A stretch of 64,000 bases of DNA, taken from positions 1-64,000 of the forward strand of contig NIVC01001996.1 of the NCBI GenBank assembly GCA_002269645.1, read 5' to 3'. The position numbers and the translations under genes are program-made. The stretch comes from Macrostomum lignano (Eukaryota). Shown here piece by piece: positions 24,401 through 38,450 of the stretch. Position 1 is the stretch's first letter; every line of letters begins with the position of its first letter. The notes under the pieces are model-generated. The model ran no database searches. It was not told the origin of the DNA and saw nothing but the letters and a program-made list of their open reading frames with translations.

Positions 24401-24994
24401 AGATATGTCAACTCAATATGAACGCAATGGAGTCGGAGTTGGGCGTAGTTCAGACAGACTCGATCACATAGCTCGTAGACTTCATCATTGTGTGACCACA
24501 TTTTTTTCATTTGGTTGACAAATCTCATGTTCTTAGGATCTGTGCTACCGACTTTTTAAACTCGGTTGGCAATCTATTTTTACGCTCTGGATAAGATAAA
24601 TGCACGTCAACTATATCCATCAGGTCCCTTAAGTCGTTATATTTGCTAACTTCAAGCTCGCTAGTCTCAATGTTTTAATTCCAGAAATTTTTAAAACCTG
24701 AATCGCCTGAACGTCGAAAACTGTCAATTCACAAGGAGTCGAAATTGAAGTTCGACGGAGCAACGGAAAACTTTTACTCCAAATACCAGGTGCGGATTTT
24801 TATAAAAATCGCACACTGAATTGATGACATATCACAAACACTAAATGAATAGCTTTGAGTTTTCGATCTTGATTTTTCTGTCTTTCTCAAAATTTCAGGG
24901 CAAGACGATTAAAAATCTGTTGGAGTTTCGTCAGAGCCTGAAGCAGTGCCCTCCAGTACCGTCTGAAATTCTCGACTGCGTTCACGAACTTTGA
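9470..24994 (+). CDS. M16A (insulinase/nardilysin-like) pseudo-peptidase paralog B, 17 exons, 1650 aa; architecture D1-D2-D1-D2-D3-D4
   Basis: Exons 9470-9845, 10735-11234, 11316-11414, 12464-12724, 13332-13647, 14570-14763, 15183-15881, 15955-16053, 16339-16623, 17094-17448, 17822-18024, 18292-18678, 20024-20162, 21997-22565, 23537-23806, 24685-24789, 24899-24994. Total 4953 nt, one open frame ending in TGA. One GC donor (15882). Intron positions and phases match paralog A. The zinc motif positions read ELCQR (9785-9799) and QLCQR (15411-15425). No hydrophobic signal peptide at the N-terminus. Confidence 0.85.
10262..10562 (-). mobile_element. tRNA-derived SINE family 1, near full length
   Basis: Reverse complement reads GCAGCCTAGTGGTTAGAAC (A-box) ... 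GGGGTTCGATTCCA (B-box) ... CCTTGAGCAA..GACACTTAACTC..CCCAGCTGTAAATGGG ... TACGCAGCCTTCAGATGCGCC. Confidence 0.75.
12975..13110 (+). mobile_element. SINE family 2 body fragment
   Basis: ATGAGGCTAACCCCCAAGGCA...GTCAGGGCCGATGTACACCCTGTGTGAGCG aligns by eye with the copies at 21625-21860 and 60790-61054 (minus). Confidence 0.55.
13790..13995. repeat. Intronic minisatellite, 21-bp unit GCACTCATTTTGGCGCCGC(A/G)(G/A)
   Basis: About 10 direct copies (ILAPQAL ORF), followed by a G/C-run-rich segment at 14040-14165. Confidence 0.9.
17575..17765. repeat. Intronic minisatellite, 15-bp unit CCAGCACCAGGGGCG
   Basis: About 12 direct copies inside intron 17449-17821. Confidence 0.9.
19045..19640. repeat. 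Intronic minisatellite, 43-bp unit
   Basis: GTTGCTACAGGTGGAGAGGATGCTCAAGCCGTGGGAGAAGTGA, about 14 copies. Confidence 0.95.
20335..20430 (-). mobile_element. SINE family 1 internal fragment abutting the 19-bp array
   Basis: CCAGCCAATGCTGGCACCCATTTTACAGCTGGGTGAACTGAAGCAATGCAG is the reverse complement of the CORE-like segment of the 36673 copy. Confidence 0.7.
20431..21575. repeat. Intronic minisatellite, 19-bp unit CTAGGCTACAACC(C/G/T)CAACA, ~60 copies
   Basis: Direct tandem array with a few variant positions. Confidence 0.97.
21625..21860 (+). mobile_element. tRNA-derived SINE family 2
   Basis: GTCCGACTCTCGCACCACACGATCCCCTTGGTTCGATTC (tRNA-like head with B-box), then AAAGTCATGGCTGCTGTACACCTTGTATGAGCG and CCCCCCTGTG; collinear with 60790-61054 (minus). 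Confidence 0.6.
22676..23350. repeat. Intronic minisatellite, 15-bp unit GGATGCCAGCATCAA, ~45 invariant copies
   Basis: No variant unit seen; the array gives the DASIK/QGCQH/MPASR/MLASL ORFs. Confidence 0.98.
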
Positions 24995-26265
24995 ACTTGT
25001 AGGCAGGTGCAGTCTCAACTGTTCGAGTTAGCAATGGAATAACTCCCTTATATATTTATTCTGGATTATTAAAGTACTTTTTTACACAATACAAACTTTC
25101 CTAACTGTTTTTGTAACTCTGAAATCGAAGTGAATTATTAAGTAGCAATATGAGCATTTCTTACGTAAACTTTAATAGCTTACTAGATGGAGGGAGCATA
25201 AACGCTTTTCCTTTCAGCCCCTACTTACCTGTTGGATTGCTAGTAGTAAGGAATTGAGCTCTCTCACACCGACCAGTTATATCACACCGACCAGAAAGAT
25301 ACTTATTCTCTCCCGAGAAGAGCTCGCTTAGTCCATATTAGACGGTTTGCTCATTTTCTGCCAGTGCATATTTAATTTTTCAATAACATTTTCAATCTTA
25401 CTTTTCCACCAAGCAGGCAAGTTTTTTATTTCGTGGGAATCATAAAAAACTGCAGTTTTATGGCCATCCCGCGCTGTTTAATTTCTAATAAAGAGAAGCA
25501 GCTTTGTGCAATGCTTTATTATGAGTCTGAATTTGGAGTTTGAGTCTTTTTTTTTCTTGACCCAAGTACGAACTCTGGCCCAGTAAGACACTCCGTAGAC
25601 ATTTACTATGGACACGGTCGTATTATACAGATGCTAAACTGCTCTCTCATCGTATCTGGAGTGTCTGTGTAGCGTCTTCAAATATTCGGGGTCTTTAACT
25701 AGTGAGCATAGTCTCGTAGTCTCTGTGAAGAGACTCACCTTGATAAACACAAGCCGAGAGTATATCAAGCCAAACGAACAATACCTGTTGTTTGGGGGGA
25801 GTTGAGGGCCATTAATTTCAATCTTCTCTGTTCTGTAGCAGCGACAGTCCCAACAGTATCTCTTTTTAAGCACTTGAAGTTTGCCATAAAGCACTAGTTT
25901 TTATCTAGTCTTATAAGAATCTGCTCGCAGGGCATTGCGTTGGTAAGTCTCAATAATAGTATAGATGTTGTCCATTAAATTCTTCCTTCAGATAGACCTA
26001 GTTTATCCTTAATGCGTTCCATAATGCCAAACGTATGGGAGCAAACAGCTGGATAAACCGGAGGTCGGCTGATTAAGCAAACAATAAAAACTGCCAACGC
26101 ACACGGGGAAGCAGACGGTGGGACACGGACGTATATGGATCGCGGGTTGAGCTGACTAGCTATAGGAATATCCTATCTGTTGCCTCAGTATACTATATAC
26201 AGTTCCGCATTATGTGGGCTGTCAGAACTTCCTGAGACTGCACTGCGGGGCTGAAATATGACAGT

Positions 26266-28254
26266 TTGATGGGGAAGAGAGAACAGACAGACCAGGGCCG
26301 TGTATATAGCTGGTGGGCGGCCATTCGTGCGCATTCAGACTCTAAGCCCTGTGTAACTCTCAATTTCCCTATAGCAACCCGTATGCGTCGACGAGTCTCA
26401 AATCGTCCGATCTGGAATCCTAGCGCCGACGCGGCGGCCGAATCTCAGCTGCTGTCCGGCCTGGTGACATTCCGCAGGAGAGCGGCCAAGCCGGGACTGC
26501 TCAACACTCCGGCTGCTACGTTGGACTTGGACTTTGCCCGACAGCTCCAATCGCTGCGACTGTTGAACAGCGATCCGCTTCGCGAGGAAAATCCTCCTGG
26601 CTCTAGTGAAGCATCGAAGAATTTGGATTCTAATGACGAATTTACGACCATCAGTACCGATCTGCTGGTCACGGCTGCCGATGGCCAGCTGGAACAGAGC
26701 CTTCGCTGGCAGCAGCAGAGGCAACGGCAGCAGAGGCAGCAGCAGCAGCATCAGCACTTGACTCTGTCGCTGCCTCTTCTTGGCGGTCGGCTGAACTATT
26801 TTCTACGGGGGGCTGTCGATTCGCCTACGCCGGATCCTTCGGCATCACCACCGGTTGCTGCCAGATCGGTCAAGCAGCCAGGACGTCTTGCTTACCGAAC
26901 GAGTCTGCCTGGGGCAGAGGGAGTTTCTCCCGACGAAGAAATCGCTCTCCTGCTGAGGTCGCGCTCACCAACACGGGTTAAAATAGAGCAACGACAGCTG
27001 CTGAGTCCAGCGGATGCGTCATCGAAAACGTTGAAAACCCAATCAACCTTTGAGATAGAAAAACCTCCGATACAACCATCAAATTCTCCCACGGTTTCCA
27101 TGGAGCCTCGCCCAGTGGCATCCGCTTCAACAGGAACCATCGATCAGGGTGATTATAAAGGCCGTTTGTTTGTTCGCGGCGAACTAGCAATCTCAGCTGA
27201 TGCTCAAGCGCAAGACAAAAAACAGAAAGACGGTGAGAAGCAGAGGGAAAGTCCTGAAGCAAATGACTTCAGTGAAAATATGCAAAATCGTAAGAGACGT
27301 GATGTACCGAAGAAATCGCTGAGAAATCATCGTGGAAAAGTTAACGAACAGCACATGCTCAGCAGCATCGATGCCAAACCTCAGAAGCCTCCACAAACGG
27401 CACATCAAACTCCTCAGACGCCTCAGCCTGCATTGAACGGGAGAACAGCTGAATCAGAGGCACCGGAAATCCCAATAGCAACTGTTATAAGTCGACAAAA
27501 GCGAAAAGTTCAGAAGCAGCCAGTGGAACCGTATGCTCTTGATCGAGAGTCTCATAATCCCGAGCGGCACAGAGATGCCAGCTTCAGCCGAACTTGCAGC
27601 TGCCTGAGTCACTCTGATCAAAACCCCAGCCAGCAATTTGTAGACCAAGGTTTTCATCAGCCAGGCAACATCATTCCGTCAGAAAAAATCAGTCATCCAG
27701 AGCATCGCCCGGCTCAAATGGAACCTACGGCCAAGCAGTCTCAAAATCCCGTTCCCGACTCAACACAGCGGGTAGAGCGGCAAGAGACTCATCAGAACCA
27801 ACTTGAAGCTCTCCATCTGGCAGAGGTTGCCAGCACGGAACTGCAGAGACGGCCGGTGCCGGACCAGTACCGCACAGCTCACCGCTTGGCCAAGGCGGCA
27901 AGCCAAGACGCCCAGTTTTCCGCATGGCTGCAAGCCGGCCGCGAGCCTGCAGACTTTTTCAGCTGTCGGACGAGCCCCAACGGCTACTATTCGTACTTCC
28001 ATCGGCTGCCGCGCTACGACCGCGGCCTGCAGCCTTTTGCCGAGTTCCCGCCGACTCAGAGTCAAGCGTCGCAACCGGTCAGCGGCAGTAAGAGAGGCGC
28101 CAAAACTCCGGCAATGCTTGCCTACGGCGGAAAAAATCCGGACAACTATTTGCCGCCGCCAATTATGGTCCGCGTTCGGAGACCGTTGGAGAACCGGCGG
28201 GCCAAGCCGACACGAATTTCTGCTTTAGAAGAGTTGGAAACGAGCCGATATTAA
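26266..28254 (+). CDS. Intronless 662-aa low-complexity (Q/P/S/R-rich) protein of unknown function
   Basis: 1989-nt open frame in non-repetitive sequence with poly-Q (QQQRQRQQRQQQQHQH). No domain recognised. The true start could be the ATG at 26382 or a spliced 5' end. Confidence 0.55.
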   Translation: MMGKREQTDQGRVYSWWAAIRAHSDSKPCVTLNFPIATRMRRRVSNRPIWNPSADAAAESQLLSGLVTFRRRAAKPGLLNTPAATLDLDFARQLQSLRLLNSDPLREENPPGSSEASKNLDSNDEFTTISTDLLVTAADGQLEQSLRWQQQRQRQQRQQQQHQHLTLSLPLLGGRLNYFLRGAVDSPTPDPSASPPVAARSVKQPGRLAYRTSLPGAEGVSPDEEIALLLRSRSPTRVKIEQRQLLSPADASSKTLKTQSTFEIEKPPIQPSNSPTVSMEPRPVASASTGTIDQGDYKGRLFVRGELAISADAQAQDKKQKDGEKQRESPEANDFSENMQNRKRRDVPKKSLRNHRGKVNEQHMLSSIDAKPQKPPQTAHQTPQTPQPALNGRTAESEAPEIPIATVISRQKRKVQKQPVEPYALDRESHNPERHRDASFSRTCSCLSHSDQNPSQQFVDQGFHQPGNIIPSEKISHPEHRPAQMEPTAKQSQNPVPDSTQRVERQETHQNQLEALHLAEVASTELQRRPVPDQYRTAHRLAKAASQDAQFSAWLQAGREPADFFSCRTSPNGYYSYFHRLPRYDRGLQPFAEFPPTQSQASQPVSGSKRGAKTPAMLAYGGKNPDNYLPPPIMVRVRRPLENRRAKPTRISALEELETSRY

Positions 28255-28777
28255 AACTGCGATGATATGGTTTTGTAAATCATTACCGACTGTTTGAACT
28301 TTGTATGCAGTTTCCGTAGAATAAATACATTTTCCGTAGCAAAAGTCTTTCCAGAGACTTATTTTTTGTGACATATTTTATGAAACACTTTTGCCAATTG
28401 CCTATCCATTTAACTTTGTTTTTTGAAAGCATCACTGAAGCAATCAAAAGTTTCAATTGAATGAAAGCTTTTGTTGAAAATTGGTTCTGTGACATTGAAT
28501 ATGCCACTTGACTGCAGCAACTGAGGATCATGGTTGCTTATATAGCTATTCATAAAAAGAACAGAATCCAAATATAATTGAAACAACTTGATGAACAGTA
28601 AACTCTCGAAACTGCCTTTTTGCTGCCACTTTTGAGAAAAATGCTCCGCTACAAATAATGATAGCAATAATCTGGGCTGAGAGCGGTTCTATGTTGTCGT
28701 TAAAATGTCGCACATCCAAGCAAGAGAAGCGAATAAATTTCAGGAAAACACAGTCAATTTGTTTTGCGTCGAGAAAA

Positions 28778-29878
28778 ATGATCCGCTTTGCCATTGTCTG
28801 CTCGAGGTGCACAGCAGCAGCTGGTCGGGCGGTCGAGTCCGCCACTTCCTCGTCTCCTCCATCAGCCAAGCCAGCGATGTGCTGCAGTGCGCTGCACAGG
28901 CTGCCAAGCACCTGCTCGCCCACCAGCTGCTGGTCTTCATCCCTCGAGACGGTGCTCAGCAGCCCCAGTGCATCGTGGGTGAGTGAGTCCTGGCTGCATG
29001 CTCGATGCCTTAAACCTGATCAAGCTGCTCACCCAGCTGAGCTCATTCGCATTCCAGCAAACCGAAGTGGCGCTGTGTTTCGCAGACTGACGCCTCACAC
29101 TCACCAGCCTCCGTGCTGCATCAGGGTGAGTAGCAAGCGTGCACTGACTCACCTGACAGCCAGGTAACTGACAGCACTTGCCTGACCGCAGCTCTCAATG
29201 CCTCACTGCAGGTGTTTGTGACGTCACTCAGCGACTGCTGGATCAGCATCCAGCGTCGGGTGGACAACTCGACAGACTTCTATCGCAACTGGACCGAGTA
29301 CGCAGCCGGCTTCGGAGAGGGAGCCCACACGAACCACTGGCTCGGTGAGTGCAGTGCAGTGCGGTCATGACGGTATTGATGCACTTTTTGATAGCGCTGG
29401 CCTCCTGTGGCTGTGAGCTGCTCAGCATTGAGCTCTGCTTGACAACTGCAGGTCTGCGAGCTGTGCACTCTCTGACCTGGCCGTCTGGTCGAGCACTTCG
29501 CATGCGAATGAGGCTGTGGAATGGCACGGAGCTCTGGGCCGACTACTCCAGCTTCTCCGTGGCCAGCGAGGCCGACAAGTTCCTGCTGAGCATCTCGGGG
29601 TTCTCCGCCAGCCACCCTAGCGTTGGAGACTGCATGTCCTATCACAACGGCATGATGTTCAGCACCTTCGACTCCGATAACGACAGAGCTGGCGCAGCTG
29701 TTGCGTGGTCTACCGAGGAGCCTGGTGGCACAGGGGCTGTCATCTGTCGAATCCGAACGGGATGTACTTCAGTGGCCCAACAGCCCTGAGAACGCCGAGA
29801 TTAGGAGTGGGGGTCAACTGGAAACGTCCATTTGGCTACTATTACTCTTTACACGAGATGGAATTATTAATTTACTAA
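28778..29878 (+). pseudogene. Fibrinogen-related domain (FReD) gene with frameshift(s); pseudogene or assembly indels
   Basis: Exons ~28778-28979, 29025-29125, 29212-29344, 29452-29878. Motifs WISIQRRVDNSTDFYRNWTEYAAGFG..HWLG, DYSSF.VASEADKF.L, GDCMSYHNGMMFSTFDSDND. After a -1 shift at ~29691-29699 it reads GAWWHRGCHLSNPNGMY...GVNWKRPFGYYYSL.EMEL*. The ATG at 28778 is also out of frame with the rest of exon 1. Confidence 0.8.
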
Positions 29879-30251
29879 TCATTTACTTTTAGCCAAGTGA
29901 ACTGTCGGTAAAGCACTACAGGAAATAAACTGGGCATTGTTTTCTTCATATTATAGAAACTATTACTTTTTGACTAAAGCAGCGATTTTTTAACTCGCGA
30001 AGATGTTACATTTTTTATTTACAACTTTAGTATAGTTTATTTTTATAATTTTAAACTATCGTACAATAGATTTAGACAAGAAAACAAGAAAATCACTTAA
30101 CAACAAAATGAACCGTTAGGATTCGTTGATACTATTATAGTCAAGCATATTACCGAAATTTCAACGAGAAAATGATACTATAGTTTATCTGTGTTGAAAA
30201 TAGGTAAAACAAAACAGTTATTAATAGGTGAGTCTTATGTCTTATATAATT

Positions 30252-31012
30252 ACAAGCTGTTGAAACCCGCGGATTTTGAACCCGGGGAATTCCAATACCC
30301 GGAACTACTTTTACACGTATTCTGAAATCTAAGGCCATACACAAACAAAAACTTGTTAATAGTTAGTAGGATAGAGGTAGACATAAAATGGAGCACATTC
30401 GTGTAAAATTAGGGTTTGAGGCAAACGTTGATATTGTTGGCTGGGGTACTGCGCAGAATGTCAGGCAATGTCTGTCTGACTCTAAAACATGTATTGGCAA
30501 ACTCTGGCCAATATGTACTCTCCCTATGTCCCTTGGATCCTTTAAAATTTCTATCGTCTCTTCTGTTTCCTTTCTTCTCTCTTGTCCCTCGTCTCTCCTC
30601 TCTCTTCTCTCCTCTCTTCTCTCATATCTTCCCTCATCTCTTCCCTATTCTTTTCTCTCTCCTCTCCTCTCTCCTTTCTACTTTTTGTTTTCTCTCTGCT
30701 CTCCTCTCTCCTCTCTCCCATCTTCTTTCGTATCCTCCCTCATCTTTCTTCTCTTTCATATCTCTTATCTCATCTCAATTCCCTCTTCTTTTCTCTCTCC
30801 TCTCCTCCCTCCTCTCTACTTTTTCGTTTTCGTTTTCGTTTCTCGTTGACCCTCCTCTCCTCTCTCCTCTCTCCCCCTCTTCTCTCTCGTCTCTTCCTTC
30901 TCCTCTCTATTCTTTTCTCTCATCTCTTAACTCTCTCCTCTACTCTCTCATCTCTCCTTTCTATTCTTTTATCTTTTCTCTCTTATCTCTTCTCGTTTCT
31001 CTCTGCTCTGCG

Positions 31013-31043
<31 letters not shown>

Positions 31044-33106
31044 CCTCTCTCTCTCTCTTATCTCTCCTCTCCCATCTCTCTTCTCCTCTCTACTCTCTCC
31101 CCTCTTCATTCTCCTATTTCCTCTTCTCTCTCCCTGTCTCTCCTCTCTCCTCTAGTCTCTGTAATCTCTTCTCTCTTCTCTCTCCTCTGTTCTCTCTACT
31201 CTCCCATCTCTCGTCTGTTCACCCTCATCTCTGCTCTCTCATCTGTCATCTTTACTCTCTTATACGTTCTCTCACTTATCTCCTCTGTACTCTTCTCTTT
31301 CACCTCTTCTGACTCCTCTCTTTCCTTTCTCCTTTCTCCTCTCCTCTTCTCTTCTCTTCCCTCTTCTATACTGTCTCCCTCTCTTGTCTTCTCTCGTCTC
31401 TCTGCACTCTCCTCTCACCTTTTTCATCTCTCATCTTTACTCTCTCATCTCTCCTTTAATCTGTCTCATCTCTACAATCTCATCTCTCCTTTCTCCCCTC
31501 TTCTTACACCCCTCTCTTATCTCTATCTCTTCTCTTCTCACTCCTCTCTCCCCCTCTTATCTCCTCTCTTCTTTATCCTTTCTACTCTCTCCTCTCCTCT
31601 CCTCCTCTTGACCCTCTGTCATCTTCTTTCTGCTCTCTCATCTCTACTCTCTTCTCACTCTTCTCTACTTTCCTCTCATCGATCCTCTGTCTCATCTCTC
31701 CCCTCTTCTTACATTTACTCTTTCCTCTCCCTCCTTTCTCCCCTCCTCTCGCTTCTTCCTCCCTTCCCTCTGCTCTCTCCTCACCACTTGTCTCTCCTCT
31801 TATCTTCCATGTTTTCTCTTATCCCCCTCTCGCCTCTCCTCTCTTCTAATACTAATTAGTCTATTCCTTCTCCTTTCCACTCTCATCTGGCCCGCACATA
31901 AGCTGGATTCTTTATCTGGCTTTTGAAGTAAAAGTCTGCCGATCCCTGCTTCGAAAGCCAGTTTGTGGGACGTACTACTCTCATGGTTGTTCTCATGCTT
32001 TGTTCACGTCATCTTTCTTGCCAATTTGCAGCCCTGAAAGGAATTTGTGTATCTTCAGCTCCACTGCAGTCTGCATCAGTCTAACAACCAAGGAAATACG
32101 CATTTCTTAGGAGGCCATTTAAATTTTAGAGTACTTTTAAGAGAAACTTAAAATTTCCATGGTGTGCGGTGTGCCTAATTTAGTAGGGTTGTATTTCATT
32201 GCATCGCATCGCCTTTTCATAAATCTTTCGCTTTTACAAACCATGCTGGATTCCCTCGATTTGCCAATTGCCAATTGCCATCCACTGTTAAACTGCTGCA
32301 GAGTTTGCCAATACAGAGGGGAGGGCAGTGGTTAGAATTTCTCACTAAACTGTTATGGCTAAACGAAGCCTCTCCACTCTCGGGGTGCAGAGAAGGCTAT
32401 AAATAAAGTTATTCCAAAACACTGTACATTTGCTATGTACATTCAGTCCTATCGCCTGACCCTTCGTCTGGCTCTGGGGGAATGAGTGAGTGAGTGGCAC
32501 AAACAACAGAAAAAGCAGACAAACTTCACATGCTTACAGTTTCTTTTTCGGTTGAGTTACAGAGTTGAAACTTTACATTTAGACAGAGAATGGGTCAATG
32601 AAGAATTGTGTCAAGTTTGAAGTCAATCGCTTTACGTGAAGCAAACTTATGGCAGCTGAAAGTTAGTCAATTTTGAAACCCTTTTACACATCTGGGCCCA
32701 GATCGGGTAAGAGGCAGGCGGGCGGAGGTTGGGGTGGTTGCTACGCTGAAAAAAACAGCCTAACTTTAAAAGCGCACAGCACCGCTCAGGATTAACTTTG
32801 ATACTCGAAATTTTACACGATTGTGCCAAAATAGTTAAAGATTATCTGTGTCAAATTTGAAGAGAATCGGTAGAAGTGGAGCGGCGCTATGGAGGATTTA
32901 GTGAAAAAATCGCGCATTTTGAGCAGTTTTTTGTACTTTTAGGTAGGAAGACTTGAGTCTAGGAAATTAAAAGGTAGCCTAAGACATTCTCCGTAGTAAG
33001 TTTAGGGTGGGTGTAAAGTTTGGTGTAATTTGGTTGAGCGGTTTGGGAGTCCATAGCGAAGTAATTTGTCCACAGACAGACAGAGTTTTGATTTTTATAG
33101 GTAGAG
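30252..33106 (+). mobile_element. Putative non-autonomous rolling-circle (Helitron/Helentron-associated, HINE/DINE-like) element, copy 1, with a long CT-rich interior
   Basis: Starts ACAAGCTGTTGAAACCCGCGG and ends ...GAGCGGTTTGGGAGTCCATAGCG...CACAGACAGACAGAGTTTTGATTTTTATAGGTAGAG. Has internal TGTGTCAA.TTTGAAG..AATCG modules and is joined head-to-tail to copy 2. The family assignment is by resemblance only. Confidence 0.55.
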
Positions 33107-36231
<3,125 letters not shown>

Positions 36232-36672
36232 ATTAGTCGGTTTTGAAGACAGTCTTATAGCTGAGCCGGTGGTAAGCCAGCATCTGGTGAGTGTGAGCCC
36301 GTTCTCGCACGGCCAAATCAAGCAGGTCTCGGTCGCATTTCAGCGCCACAGACAGGAAGCACTGGCAGGTGAACAGGCAGCCCAGACCGATGGCCGTGGC
36401 AATGGCCAGTGCTGCCAGCATCTGCCGCAGCACCATGGCAGTGCGCCAGCGATCAGTCCGATAGGGCCCGAGCCTTTCCGGCACGCCGCAGTCGGTGCCG
36501 CCACCGTGGCACCAGTCCGACTCGAAGCCGTGGCCGAGGCATTCCAGGCCCAAGCAGGCACTGCGAATTGAGACGCGAGTGAGACTCAGGTTTTCACTAT
36601 GTATTTGCGGCATATCACATGCGTATTGATGAAATACGAATTGCCCACTTTGCTCAACCTTTGCTTATCGAG

Positions 36673-36900
36673 GGAGGCTGTAGCCTAGTGGTTAGAGCGA
36701 CTGAGAGGTCGCACTCGGAACAATTTGTGACCTTGAGCAAGACACTGAAATCTGTATTGCTTCAGTTCACCCAGCTGTAAAATGGGTGCCAGCATTAGCT
36801 GGGGTAATTGAGGCTGTGTGTGTGGCGACCCCCAGTCCTTGGACTGAACAGCCGTACGCAGCTTTCAGGTGCGCCGCGAAATTTAGTTGCATCGTTAGGC
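36673..36900 (+). mobile_element. tRNA-derived SINE family 1 (intronic, head partly deleted)
   Basis: GGAGGCTGTAGCCTAGTGGTTAGAG, then CCTTGAGCAAGACACTG...CACCCAGCTGTAAAATGGGTGCCAGCATTAG...GGACTGAACAGCCGTACGCAGC. Confidence 0.7.
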
Positions 36901-38199
36901 ATGCAGACACCCTGAAAGTACTCCGAAAGGAATGGAACCTTGGGTACTTTGGTTGTCACATTTGGACCAGTTGCTGTTAACCCCATACAATATTCCGGAC
37001 GCCCGCCGACTTTACCAACGTGCATGTACCCGACGTTGATAGACGCTTATGGCGAATTGGTACTCTAGTATCGACGTATGGGACATACAAAAACTTTTCA
37101 CTTTTACTTATTTTGCAAATTATTATTTTTTCACCCATCTAAGATACTCAATTCGGGCCAAAGATTGCTCAAATCAATGCACGGCTGGTTCAGACCAATT
37201 TTAAATGACCAGTGGAGCTTCCAACGGTAATTTGAACCGGCCTTGACTACATGCATCTGCCAATGGAAGTAATGCAAAAGAAATTGGTAGTTTATCTTGA
37301 GGCTCGTGTTTCCCAAACGATTTTTTCACAAAATTGGCTGCTCAATCACGGATGTGCAAGCCGTGTGATCACGCGCGATCAGTCTTTTGATTGTGATGTG
37401 CACTTTGAATGAGCCTATAGATCGAACCACAGCCGCAAAGAGGCGACATCAATTACCTGGAAATTACCCTCTTCGCGCATACGCACTCGCTCGCTAACCA
37501 AGGATGAATTCCTGACTGAAGACTACAATGGAGCATGGCTAAACTTCAAAAATGTGGCCAAGTAGTTTGAACAAATTATTCGAGATTCGAACCCCAAATA
37601 ACATATTATAGCATAGAACTAGAAAACATAGAAAAAGGGAGGGAATTTGAACCAGCGTTAATGCTCACGTAGGTTTTCTACGAAGACTTTCTGAACCTTG
37701 GCGGTTGGCCAAGAATTAAAAAAAGCCGCAGAAAAGTCACTGCTTTAAAAAAAATAACTTCTATAACAACGCACCGACTGCGATGCCGCTCGCGTCTGTC
37801 TCCGCAGTCCGGATCGCAGGAGCTCCACGGTCCCCAAACTGACCAGAGCCCGCGACGGAACTGACACTTTGGGCCGTAGTGCGTAGCTGGGCACTGGCAG
37901 ATGGCCTCGCCTCTGCTTGATACGCAGTCTCCGACTTCGCAAGGCAAAGACATGCACGGATCGTGGCGAAGCTGACAGTTGGGATCTCGTCCCTCGACGG
38001 ACTGTTATGTAATGACGATCGAGCATAACTTTGAGACTGATTGGTGATCACTGATTGGGTGATGACACGCAGGGGTAACCAGAGGAACCAAGCAGTATAG
38101 CGGGAATCGACAAACTGCCGCGGACCACATGTGGCCATCGAAGCCTTTCTACCCGGCCCTCGGAACTTTTGAAACTTCAATCCGGCCCAGTAACGTTTT

Positions 38200-38450
38200 A
38201 TGTATCTTCTCCACTCTCTTCTCTCTCTCTCTCTCTCTCCTCTCTTCCCTCTTCTTTCCTCTGATCTTTTCTCGTATATTTTTCCCATCTCTCACCTCTC
38301 CTCTCTTCTGATCTCTCATCTTCCATTCTCTCCATTTTCCACTCTCATCTGGCCCTTCATCATGATAAGCTAGATTCTCTAACTGGCCCTTGTGTTAAGA
38401 AGAAAGTCTGCCGACTCGTGCAATGAAGCTCTGGCGCCCCTGACGATGCC
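38200..38450 (+). repeat. Third, partial copy of the CT-rich element interior
   Basis: CT tract followed by CCACTCTCATCTGGCCC...ATAAGCT.GATTCT...AAAGTCTGCCGA, as at ~31878 and ~34993. Confidence 0.65.

Noticed and set aside
25634-25894. Minus-strand ORF with a donor-like site at ~25735
   Set aside because: Short, no recognisable motif, and I could not link it to other exons.
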